A stretch of 64,000 nt of DNA. Origin: Octopus vulgaris. Lineage: Eukaryota. Under the pieces are notes generated by a model, which did not search any database, had not been told where the DNA came from, and saw only the letters and a list, made by a program, of their open reading frames with translations. Below are positions 51,700 through 64,000 of this stretch, piece by piece. Every line of letters starts with the position of its first letter. Positions within the stretch are counted from its first letter, which is position 1. The stretch lies in assembly GCA_951406725.2 (NCBI GenBank), contig OX597817.1, forward strand, positions 18,848,001 to 18,912,000, read 5' to 3'. Made by a program: the position numbers and the translations under genes.

Positions 51700-52539
51700 C
51701 TACACAATAACCATTTATCAAACGACGTAAGGACAGAGAGCTTATGCGTATAGACACCAAACCTACGAATTTGCAGGAAGTGAGGGTGGTGTTCTGCACT
51801 GGTGCATCATTCTGAGGTGCTGCAAGAGGCACCTCTCCATACGTCCTTTGAAACCGCCGTGAACCCGAAGACCGATAACATTCTCTTCGCTGGCTTTACC
51901 CCCAAGAAATGCGACGAATCAGTGAATTAGTTGTTGGAATCTTGTAACAGTTGTTACAGACGATACCATTGTTCACATTCTGCGATGTTATTATATAATA
52001 ACAATAAAAATAAAAATTAAATAATCATTAACTGATAATATCTAGCCCACAAATTTTCACAAATTTCAATAAATATTACCTATGCTCCGGCAACATTATA
52101 GAAGCAGTTTTAACAAATTATTGTCTGCATTCGTAAGATTGTTATCGAAAATAGATATATTGAATTTACTATATTTCGATAAATAAGTTAAAACTACCAT
52201 CGGATGTATTCATCGTCTTACTATTTTCGTTTGACAGACTCCCGCTCTATATTTTATCTCCTTGTTATTACTTTAGTAAACACGGAAATATGTAAATGTA
52301 TATGTATATGTATACAAATATAGAGGTATAGAGACACATACAGATGTTCACCCAACACATACCTCCACCATATGTGTGCGTGTTGGTGTGGGGGCTATAA
52401 GTATGTTTGTGTGTGCCTGTATGAGCGGTATGCTTATGCATCTACTTGTGCCTAAATTAATGTTTATGCACACATATATTTATATGGGTTGGTACGAGCA
52501 TATAAAATTGTGTTTTGTGTGAGAAAATATATGTATATA

Positions 52540-52603
<64 letters not shown>

Positions 52604-54699
52604 TATATATATATATATATATGGGTCTGTGTATATATATATGTATATATATACATATGTATATGCATATACCAGTACCTATATGCGTGTATGTATATAG
52701 ACACGTATGTATGAATATGTGTATATATAAGTGAGTGCCGGTGTGCACATATACATACACTTACTGCGATCACTGCGAAATCTACCATCTTAAATTTTCT
52801 AATCCCATTCCCAACAGAATATTTATGTAATATTTCGAGAGTTGGCTATATAATTTAAAATTTATTGCTCCAAATCACATTGACCCAAATCAACTTACAC
52901 ACTTGAAAATGGAGAGAGAATTAACTTTCAGAATGAAGGCCATTTCTCTCCACACCTTCCTACGTCTTATCTTTAAATCATTGGACATTTCCTATGATAT
53001 CGTATCCATGGTTTGGTTCTTTTAACTACCAATATAACAAAAACAAATCCTACGAGGCTAATTAAATCTTTGCTTTTGGAAATAAAATATACCTCAAAGC
53101 ATAGGATTAAGTTAAGGAGCATATAATATTATGTGTTGAGATGAAAAATAAAACGCTATAAATTATAGCCTTAGCACTGCGAAGAAATGAAAGAATATCA
53201 GTGGCAGAGATGGAGAGAGAAAAATATAAGAGAAAGAATGTGAAACAGACAGAGAGAGAGAAAAAGTGAGTGAAAGCGAGAATGAATTACAGACACGTAG
53301 ATAATGACTCACATACATTGAAGGAAGAAATTTGTGTAATAAGAAGGCGGTTTCGGAGGATGCTTTGAAGATTATGTACAATCAGTTCATATTTGGTTTT
53401 TAATAAGCACTTGTGGCCAGAATGTCCAAAGATGGTGCGTTTCTTCGTGATTTGTGTTTTTATTGAGCTTCAATTAGAGAGAATTATGCAAATAGTTAAA
53501 GAGATGCACATTTATTGCGTGTGTTTTCGTTCGGTTGATAATTTGAATTACAGCAGCTTTCGCTACTGTTTATTGTCTTTTACCTGACACATAACGATTA
53601 CCTCCAGAAGAAACATGTTTTCATTTTTAACTTTTTTACTGAAGTCAACCGCTCAGATCTCAAATCTTAATGTACCAATTTCCTGGATAAGATTAAATAT
53701 TTAACTGTTTCAGATCGATCGGTATCTAAATAAAACACTCGCACACACGTACACACATATATGCGCATGTTTAATAGGGTACAGTAATTTATGCAATCAA
53801 AATCAGAGTACTCAACACATGGTATTATGAAATATTTTGTAATATAGTCCGTTAGTTATAATAGATCTCATTGAAAGATTTATATCTAGGAATCTCAGAT
53901 AATCGTGAGGCGATAAAACAAGTTAAAAAAAACAACCTTTTGCATGAAGATCAGGGACATATATCATTTGTACAATTTTCCCGTCATCATATGGCTGTAC
54001 ATATGGTTATCATATGGTTATTATATGCAGAGTAAGCAATATGATTCGTTACGTATTACAAATAATAGTTATAGGTGAGTTATTTTGTCTGTTAGTTACG
54101 AAAGTGTGAGGCTAGAAAACTTATAAAATATGTCCATTTTGAGTTTAGATAAACTTCTCTACAATATTGCGTACAAGAAGTTCAGTAGCTGAGGTTATAA
54201 ACGTGCTCAAGTGTGCATTGCCATATGGTTTACCGATTTACAGAAGAGAGAGGTGGTATAGCTGACAAAGCTTAAATCGGTGTGAAGTTCAAATAGCAAA
54301 GAAGATAGCATGAAAACGTACATACTATTATGTTCAGTCAATAATTTGCACAAATTTCCAGTGTTACAGCAATCATTTATTGAAGTGAGACACTTAATGA
54401 ACACCTGCTTGGTATCGCAAAAGCTGCATTTTAAAAAAATGTTTTGTGAAGAAAATAATCCAATTGAATATAAATATATAATAATTCACATGTACATAAT
54501 TTACTCAAAGTTATGTTTCGTTGAGTAACCAAAATCGTATAATGCCATCTCCGTAATGAGAGTAAATTTCATGACTATGTATATGCGTACAACCGGCGGG
54601 GCAGCTATACAACACAGACCATATGATGGCCAATTGCAATACATGCTACCACTGGAAGTGGTGGTAAGGGGGGGCTAAGAATCAGTCATTAGTTCACAG

Positions 54700-56030
54700 A
54701 TCCTATAGAATTAACGATCTTCGTTACTCAACAAAAAAAAATACATCGCACCATCAAATGAGCTCTACACGAGGAAGCTACTCAAGAATATTATCGAGCA
54801 TTCTGGCACTTGAGTCAGAACGCATGCTTCTATGACCAAGCCAGAGCACTCGTGAAGCGTTTACAGTATCAACTCTAGGTTTCCACTCAAGATCAAGGAC
54901 GTGAGGTCTTCGCGGCAGCCCTTCTAGTCATCATCCCCAAAACGATATTCCGTAAGTTCTCTAGCCCTTGTGACAGCAAGCTTTCCTCCTATACACGCCA
55001 ACTAAAATATTCCAATATGGCCTTACTGGTTTCTGATTAAACAAAAACTATATAGTCATCTGCGAACTGGATAAGCTGTTAGAGAATAGCACCACACAAA
55101 ATTAGAGACGATCTTCCCCCACACCTACAATAATATATGCAACGAAGCCAACAGTCTAGGGATAGCCGATAGGATGGAAGCGTTAGCTAAGAGAAGTACC
55201 CTTATCACCATCAAAGTGCACAAACCAAATTTACCTCCAGCCCCAAGTTCCCCCTGGTTAACTTAGCTAAATAGGAATTGGGACTGGCCGGCAAGCGTGT
55301 ACGGAGAAAGATCAACGACGACATAAGGAGGACATCCAGTCTATCCTTATGGCGTAATACCAACAACATTATTTCATAGTTTAAGCTAACCAGGACAGAG
55401 GAAGGGCAACATTCACCCAATTTGATATAGTAGATTTTTATCCATTTATATCAAAAGGGTTACTAGTTAAGGCGCTTATGTTCGCTAGGAATTTTACTCA
55501 CGTTAGTGACATGAATACAGATGCAATGATGCACACGAAGAAAACGCTACTTTTCAATAAAGGTTCGACCTGGGTCAAACAAAAAAGTCCACTAGGCTCC
55601 TTCGATGTGGCAATGAGAGCATCCGACAGTGCGGATGCCTACGACCTCACAGGATCATATATACTGGACACCTTAGCGGAAAGGATCTCATTATCCTGAT
55701 GTCTATATAGAGATGACGCTTGAGCTCTATTTAAAGGCGGTAATGGGTACACACTAGATTAGCTTAGAAAGGACTTAATTCACAGGCTTAGCTTTTTAGT
55801 CTTATGATTACAACTGAGTTCAATCTTACAGTTGTTAACTCTTTAGATCTTATGTGGGACCTGGGTAGATGTTCACAGATGCCTTTCCACAGAACGAACG
55901 AAAGGCAGCGGTAAATTAACGCAACATCCTGCTACTCACCAATCGTGTTCAAGAAACTAATGAAGCATATCAGAAAGAGGATTTGGAACCTGTACTCCAG
56001 TAAAGAGATTTATTTTCAATGCCTGCGAAA
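54700..56030 (+). mobile_element. Decayed Penelope-like element reverse transcriptase (Naiad/Chlamys-like motif set)
   Basis: YSTKK..PSNELYTRKLL; LITIK-HKPN; LVNLAK*ELG; LWRNTNNII; FTQFDIVDFYPFISKGLL; KTLLFNKGSTWVK; FDVAMRASDSADAYDLTG; LYRDDA; VVNSLDL; SCYSPIVFK...KRIWNLYSSKEI. Confidence 0.8.
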
Positions 56031-56345
56031 ACCGCCCCAGCTTCGACTAGCTAGATGACCGAATGCATTTTGACGTTGTTAAGTTGTTGGGCTTAATCAA
56101 TACCGTGCAGTTATAGACATCGCTGTGCTTTAACGAGATTGTCGCCTTCGATGTCTAGAAAACATGGAAGAAAATCTTTGCTGCTAGCATACATTAAATA
56201 TGAAATATAGATGTCTAGGCTAATGTAATTTAATACTACTTTATTTCATATAGAATTGTACCAAATTACGTCTATTCAGCCGAGAGGCTTTTCGCAATAC
56301 TGGTGAATACGCACGCAAGCAGACACACACACACAGACACACATG

Positions 56346-56379
<34 letters not shown>

Positions 56380-56380
<1 letters not shown>

Positions 56381-56770
56381 TCTTTTATTCTTATACTTGC
56401 TTCAGTCATATGATTGCGGCCATGCTGGAGCACCTCCTCAAAGTGGAATAAATCGACAACAAGACTGTAAACCTAGTAATTATCCTAACGTCCTCTTTAG
56501 CCACACCGATAAATTACGAGAGTATAAACACAGTATAATCGATTGTCAAGCCTTGAAGGGGAGGGGCAACACAGCCACACACACATAAACAGACATACAC
56601 ACATATTACAGGTTTCTTTCAGTTTCCGCCCACGAAATCCACTCACAGTGCTTTGGTCGTCCCGAGGCTACAGTTGAAGACATTTGTCCAGGCTGCCACG
56701 CTGTGGCACTGAACCTGGAACGATGGGGTTGGAAAGCAAGCTTCTTACCACACACCGGCAACTGCGCCTA
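56380..56770 (-). mobile_element. SINE group B, diverged
   Basis: GCGGCCATGCTGGAGCACC and TTTCAGTTTCCG...CCACTCACA blocks. Confidence 0.82.
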
Positions 56771-56777
56771 TACATAC

Positions 56778-56831
<54 letters not shown>

Positions 56832-57099
56832 ATGTGTGTGTGTGTGTGTGCGTGTGTGTGTGTATGTGCACATACCAAGGACAATGACCAAAGTGGGAGA
56901 GCGTACTGCAACGCATCGTCAGCTCGGTGGTTTTTAGAGTCAGCTTCATCTATGAGCTCCAACCTTCAAATACAAACCCCTTGAAATGGAGAGTGAGGCA
57001 GATAATCCTATGTGTCCACCCTGTTAAGATGAAAAAAAAACAGTGAAACATGGAGTAAGATATTGAGGCCTGGAGTAGCTGCACAAACTAAATCGTAGA

Positions 57100-57500
57100 A
57101 GTAGAGTATTTTCCATGGCATGCATGACAGGTGTGCGCAGCAGACATTCCAGAATGAAATCATAATCAACTAGACATTATCAGCAAACGGTGGTATGAGA
57201 CCAGAGATTGATTGTACTCTACTCTCTTTCAAGAAAACAAGTGATTCAGATCAAAATAATTGTGCTTTATAGGAACTGAATGGAGTAACCTCACGTCTAC
57301 AAGCTGAAAGTAGAATACACTAAGCCCATTAAGTTGAGTGAATTTAGCTTCCTAGCCTGAGTGCTTGCCATAGCGGTGAAAGCACGGATAAATGGAAGGG
57401 TCCTCAGTTTCTGAGAAAAGAGAGCCAGGGATCTTGTGTTACTAGCAAAAGCAGCTGAGAAGCGTTCACAATGGATCTGATCAAGGAAGAATGAAAGTGA
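57100..57500 (+). mobile_element. Possible decayed C-terminus of a Hero/NeSL-like RLE retrotransposon
   Basis: GMRPEI (RPD-like) followed by LLAKAAEKRSQWI*SRK, resembling the LAEAAEKASxWxWxRR end of Hero ORFs. Confidence 0.35.
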
Positions 57501-57762
57501 AATTAGGATGTGATTTACCCTATGTTCAACTGGTGTTTGGACCGGAATGCTTACAACGACGCAAAGATCTTGGTTCTGGAGACCTTGGCGACCCAGAAAT
57601 GTGCAGGTTTCGATGCAGACAGTATCCCAGAATGCGGCAGCAGGTGGGTATCAACAACCATGATGTGGATGCGACACAGTTCTCTTACAATTTAAGGAGT
57701 TAAAGGTTGCAACACTTGCATAAGGAGAGCTTCTCTAAAGACCTTCTGCTGTTCAGTACTCC

Positions 57763-58400
57763 CATACATACATAGATACATACATAGATACATCCATCCA
57801 TCCATCCATACATACATACATACATACATACATACATACATACATACATACATACAAACATACATACATACATACATACATACATACAAACATACATACA
57901 TACATACAAACATACATACATACATAAATACATACATACAAACATACATACATACATACAAACATACATACATACATACAAACATACATACATACAAACA
58001 TACATACATACATACAAACATACATACTTACATACATACATACACACATACATACATACAAACATACATACATACATACATACAAACATACATACAAACA
58101 TACATAGATACATACATACAAATATACATACATACAAACATACATACATACATACATACATACATACATACATACATACATACATACATACAAACATACA
58201 TACACACATACATACATACATACAAACATACATACAAACATACATACATACATACAAACATACATACTTACATACATACATACAAACATACATACACACA
58301 TACATACATACATACAAACATACATACATACATACAAACAAACATACATACATACATACATACATACATACAAACATACATACATACATACATACATAAT
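57763..58400. repeat. (ACAT)n microsatellite with ACAA/AGAT/CCAT variants, about 640 bp
   Basis: Direct reading; the variant CATACTTACATAC recurs at about 58022 and 58262 (240-bp higher-order duplication). Confidence 0.93.
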
Positions 58401-60729
58401 ACATAATACATGTACTCTCATACACACAGACGCACACACACACATGTATATATACATAACACAATCAAAACTAACTATATGTTACTCAAGGAATAAGAGG
58501 TCGCATTGAAGGAACATTCAAGTGACTTCGCAGGAAACTCGTTAAAATTAAATACTCATGTCTTCTGAAACAGATGCTCCTTTTATTTAAATACTCGTAT
58601 CTTTCAAAAGAAGTTTTTGCCTGAATCCCACATTTAAATTTAACATACTTAATTACAATATTATCATACAAATAATAAATGAAATTAGTTAGCGATTTCC
58701 TAATTTGCTCTGAAATAGTTTAGGACGCGAACTTACAGCGCAATCAGTTTAAGCAATGTATATACATATTACTGAAAAAAGCGACCATTTGACAGACCAA
58801 TGCAATCACCCATTTAAATCGGAGGTTGTAAACTGGATATAACCTCTTTTGTGCAACAAGACAAAAGCGATGCTTCAATGAATTGAAATGACAACGGTGA
58901 GTTACAGAACTAAATGCCCTACAAAATATAAGTCCGATTTCTAACACTGTGTTTAACACCACATCTCTTCATGAAGGGGGAATAATTATCGTCTTCGATG
59001 TCATAAATACTTTACATTATCAGTATGCTAATATGTCGCTGAATAATTTTATCAACAAGAATATAACATTCTAAATTGAAAGGAATCAAACCGGATCTAT
59101 CAAGCATGTAATTTTGTTAAACCAGACATTTTCAAAGAGTATTGAACACAATACTTTCTTGATTAGAAATTAGCGAAAATGAGTCTTTGGTTAAATTATG
59201 ATATTTGTATACTAACCACTAGTGAAGATTTAAATATTAGATTACTCAAAGAATTCCAATAAAGGCCTCATCTAATTCACTTGATAATTAATGAAGTGTA
59301 GCAAATTTCATTGATCTGAAACGATGGCGATTCATGAAGGGTATTAAACACTGAATTGATTTCTATCATTCAGTTAAAATATGCAAGTTAATTTTCACTT
59401 GACTAAATACCTTCTGTTTGACTTTTGTTAAAATTTTGATGATTTAACAATGGTTCGCATTCGTTGAATTTTAATGTATTTGTTCATATTTCATAACGAT
59501 GGCACTGTTTCAATCCCGACAATATCTTACTCAAATTCACAGATATAGTAAGAACAGAGCAACCAAATCATATTTTCGGGAATAGAATATCTTCATTTAC
59601 TGTGAGAATAACGTATAGTGCTTAGTTTGATCTCATTTTATTGAAATAAAGAAAAACCATAAATAATATAAAACTCTCATGCGGTGCATCACCGAATTAT
59701 CAAGTATAAGAAAAGGAGCAGTGGACCCTTAGAATAATAATGCACCACACACAATGCTTTGCACAGTTGTATTTTCATGCACTTTTAGATTATGACCATA
59801 GATTTTGGACCTTTTGCGCATTAGTTTAGTAACACATTCTGTAAAAAGTTACAATATCAACTGTAATATTGGAGCATGGAGGAGGAGTAGAAAAAATAAC
59901 GAAGTGCTGTGGCTATTATGTTTCCATTCTTCTCAAATCTATATCCAAATATCAGGAAGATTCACTTGCCTTTAATCTTTTATATAGTCAAATAAGATTC
60001 GTTTGGCTTCAATATTTCTGTAGTCAAATAATTCATTGTAAGTGTTACTGTGAAATCCCGGCTCGTTTGTGATTGAGTTGAACGAAAGTCTTTTGAAGAA
60101 TACTTGTTAGGTCTAGCAAGTTAAATAACTGCATTGTAGGTCTTTCATTCGATCGAATTATTTGTTCTAATACAATAAAGTTGAGATCAACTTACTGTGT
60201 TACTCGTTTGTGAGAATCGAACTTGAGCCGTAATAAATCAAATTAACACAAAGATCATTAGAGAGTCAATAATGATAATTGGAAAGAAGTAAATGCAATC
60301 AATAATATGACCTTCTGGAATGTAAGTGACTGGCACTGCAAAATCCCTTCACACACGAAATACAGTCCTGTATCTTCAAAACCATCAAATGTCTGCGCAA
60401 CCGGTAGATCAAGTATAAGTCAGCTGTTTTGTTTTACTCACTTTGAAAGGAATTGAAAACCCCAAATTTTATTTTCGTCTCTAAGTAAGTGATAATTAAG
60501 TTCTTCAAAGGTAAATTGGTAATTAGTAACGGAATGTTGTAGAATATACTAACATAGGAAAGCACTGATGACATAAGAGTGTATTGCACAGTGGCCGTAC
60601 GTAATACAATCTAGAAGTTATTCATGTAGTAAATTCATATATTTTCATGTACACTGACAAACACATGTATAAATACATGTAAATCAAATCATGGAAATCC
60701 ACAGATGCGATAACATCCAAGCTTACACG

Positions 60730-61341
60730 AAGGTAGCGAACTGGCAGAATCGTTAGCACACCGGGCCAGATGCTTAGCAGTATTTCGTCTGCCGCTACGT
60801 TCTAAGTTCAAGTTCCGCCGAGGTCGACTTTGCCTTTCATCCTTTCGGGGTCGATTAAATAAGTACCAGTTACGCACTGAGGTTCATGTATTCGACTTGA
60901 TCCGTTTGTCTGTCCTTGTTTGTCTCCTCTGTGTTTAGCCGCTTGTGGGTAGTAAAGAAATAGGTATTTCGTCTGCCGGTACGTTCTGAGTTCAAACTTC
61001 ACCGAGGTCGACTTTGCCTTTCATCCTTTCGGGGTCGATAAATTAAGTACCAGTTACACACTGGGGTCGATGTAATCGACTTAATCCGTTTGTTTGTCCT
61101 TGTTTGTCTCCTCTTTGTTTAGCCCCCTGTGGACAATAAAGAAATAAGAATCGTTAGCATGCCGGGCGAAATGCTTAGCGGTAAATGTCTTTACGTTCTG
61201 AGTGCAAATTCTGCTGAGGTCGACTCTGCCCTTCCTCTTTTCGGAGTCAATAAATTAAGTACCAGTTGCGTATTGGGGTCGATCTAATCGACTGGCCCCT
61301 CCTCCCAAATTTTGGGCATTGTGCCTAGAATAGAAAAGAAT
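60730..61341 (+). mobile_element. Head-to-tail triplet of SINE group C units
   Basis: Units at about 60730-60962, 60963-61146 and 61147-61341; the last has a different tail. Confidence 0.9.
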
Positions 61342-61559
61342 ATCCAAGATCACATGCGTGCATACACGTGTACACTCATGAGTATATATACTTACATACA
61401 TACAACACACACTCACACATAAGTAAAGTTTGAATTTACGTCACCGGTTTCACAAGTCAGATGAAATAGAAAGATCTGGAGAAACTGGTGCTGTGTGTAT
61501 ATATATTTTTGTAAGAATATTATGTTATACCGACTCAGGGCCGGACGCCATGACGTATA

Positions 61560-61745
61560 TATTTCCCACCTAGACGGGGCGTGGGTCCGTCGCAGGATTA
61601 CTCCTTTTTGCCAGGTGAGTGGACTGGAGCAATATGAAGTGAATTATTTTGCTCAAGAACACAACACATCACCGGTCCAAGAATCGGAACCACAATCTTA
61701 CGATCATGAATCCAACACCCTAACCACTAAGCCAGGCGCATCCAC
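61560..61745 (-). mobile_element. tRNA-derived SINE with CORE-like centre, diverged
   Basis: TTGCTCAAGAACACAACAC...CCCTAACCACTAAGCCAGGCGCATCCAC matches 34440-34565. Confidence 0.78.
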
Positions 61746-64000
61746 GGATAGATGTATATGAAGAGGGAAAATGTGTAATTTTTAAACAGAGTACACATAT
61801 ATGCAAATACACATGTATATACGGGCAGCTGGAAATTAATACAATCATCCTGTGTCTGCATACATATTCAAAGAAATCCATTATTTGATATGGATATTAG
61901 AATTATATGATATCATCGTTTACTTCACCTTGGTAACAAAGATACCTTGTATCCTCCTTTTCTCTTACAAGTGTTTATCAATTAATTTCACACTAAGTAA
62001 TTAATTAAATGTTACACTCAGAGAGTTAGAAACTTTATATGAAAATAAAAATGAGCGCTTTGTGTTAATATTTTTGTTTCAGATAAAATGTATTTGAGTT
62101 ACCATGATAGTTTATTACGATCGTATTTCCCAAACCAGATATAGGAAAAAATTATATGTTGATAAAAGTAGATTTTTATTTTAAAACGTTCATTTCATAA
62201 ATGGAGTGTTTTTAAGCACTCATTTCATACTTTTGTAAACATTGACTTGAATATTTCTATTTCGATAGAAATTGCAGGGTAAATATTGTAGGATTCGGTG
62301 TCGGAAATTAGTAAGAAGGAAGCGATAATTTTGCTATTGAAATTAATATTGTATTAAAGTACTTAATATTGATCCCTTTATTTAATTGATTGAGTTATAT
62401 TTCCCTATATTTCCCCAGATACGGTATTTTTTATAAGAATATTATATCAAAATAGATTGATATTATTCTTTGCCACTTAAGCTTTAATTATTACCCTTCC
62501 TTCATTCTATAATATGGACCTATTTATCAGAGTATTTTATTTTTATTGGTACAGATCTTGAGCTATTTTGATTATATTTTAAGACATCGATGTGATAATT
62601 TACTATCTGTTTTGCGCCCACATTCTCCCTCAGGTATTGTTTCTCTGTCTTTCTTTCATGATCCTATAACAGCCTACTCTAGTTGTTAATACAGCATCTC
62701 AGTTTCGTCTTTATTTTATTTTCATACTTAAAAACCGATCTGTTTATTACAATGTCCATAAGCTATAATCAATTTTCACCGCATATGCTGCTGTGAAAAG
62801 TATAAAAAGTCACGAATATCTGTGAGTACGCATTCTAATTATGTATTGGATTATTTATTTCACTGCTTTTATGTAGTCGTTCCCTGCGATGGGAAATTTA
62901 TCAGTTGCACCTGTGTATATATGCTACACAGTATTACACATTTTAATTCTATTATGTGAGACAGTCTTTCAACCAAGTCAGTGATACATGTGCTGTGTAA
63001 ATGTAGGATTACTTTGCATTCCATAGTTGATCTAAAAGAACATGGAGTCGCCATGAAATGATGTGCAAATATATGAACTGAATATTATATTATCAAACTG
63101 TAGTGGAGTAGAGTTTCAAGATATTATTTGAACTGAATGGAGTAAAATAAACGCATTCTGTGTAGTAGGAGATACGGTATAGTATTTAATGCTTATAAAA
63201 TTTGTATATCTGGTGACTGACTTCTTAAAACGAACATACAAAGATGGTATCTTTTATGAGGTGTTGGTGACCGTATGCCTGCCAACTTTCTCACGTTCAA
63301 ACCCAACTTCTATCTTACCACAACAGTCTATGAAGTCTATGAGAAAGAAGTTGGATCTGGAAGTGAGAAAGAAGGTAGGGTTATTGTCCAGCAGCGGCAT
63401 AACAGCCAGATCGCCCGTCATTGATATATAAAATATCAGTGACTATTCAAGCACTGGTATCACAAATAGCCAGTTGGCTTATTAAAGAATGAGAGCGTCA
63501 GAAGTAGTATTAATACCAACATTTAATCTTGATCTCCATCTTAATGTGGAGATTGTGCTAGAACAAAGAATACTCTAATCTTTATCTCGAGCGGATCTCT
63601 CATAAGGACCTGATATGTTGTACATGTGTCAGTGACGAACCCATAGCAGGGTGAAATCAGGTGATCTAGCAGTTATAGCGGCTATAGCAGACGGTTCTCG
63701 CCTGTCAGCCATATACTTACGAGTGCTTTATGCACTATGTTTCCATATGAGAAATCCTCTCAAGGTAAATAACGTAGTATTCAGTGTTCTAACATAACCT
63801 CTGCGTTGATTTGGAGATCGGGATTACCTTTTGACATTAATAATGCTCCTGATGCTATTAATTATTGTTGAATAAAGATAATGATAATAAGCAATCATAA
63901 GATACAACTTTAACATGATAAACTGGAAGATCAGTGAAGTGAGAAACTTAGAAAACTCAGGAGACTGTTTAAGTTAAACCGGAGTCACCACCCCAAATCA

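Noticed and set aside
54700-56030. Selenocysteine recoding of in-frame TGA (reported for some Naiad elements)
   Set aside because: The copy also has TAA/TAG stops and frameshifts; ordinary decay explains it.
63285-63422. Minus-strand LLDNNPTF resembling a cadherin DxNDNxPxF motif (protocadherins are expanded in octopus)
   Set aside because: The ORF is short, lacks other cadherin motifs (DRE, AxDxG) and is surrounded by stops.
63630-63720. Minus-strand DRREP...TARSPDFTLL resembling the Tc1 WPxxSPDL motif
   Set aside because: The tryptophan and the flanking DDE motifs are absent; too weak to call.

Overview
AT-rich, repeat-saturated eukaryotic DNA. The SINE families, the very dense (TA)n/(CA)n/(ACAT)n/(AAT)n microsatellites and the retroelement mix point to a cephalopod (Octopus-like) intronic or intergenic region; this is inference from remembered repeat families, not a database hit. 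I recognise no host protein-coding gene with confidence; there is one weak candidate minus-strand exon at about 51385-51700. Most listed ORFs are microsatellite or SINE artefacts. Supported content: three abundant tRNA-derived SINE groups (my labels A, B, C; several copies have clear target-site duplications); a young 5'-truncated CR1/L2-group LINE (38.6-40.2 kb) and an older one (45.0-47.5 kb); a near-full-length decayed R4/Dong-type retrotransposon with a restriction-like endonuclease (25.0-29.0 kb, minus) and fragments of others; a decayed Penelope-like reverse transcriptase (54.7-56.0 kb); a non-autonomous Helitron; and a mariner-type MITE. The most interesting signal is a set of type I hammerhead-ribozyme motifs in several non-coding repeat families with tandem or inverted (Penelope pLTR-like) architecture. 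These include a 466-nt tandem unit with a canonical hammerhead (40.3-41.2 kb; retrozyme-like) and a tRNA-headed SINE whose tail carries a hammerhead core (32.1-33.0 kb). All coordinates were read by eye, and boundaries of decayed elements are approximate.
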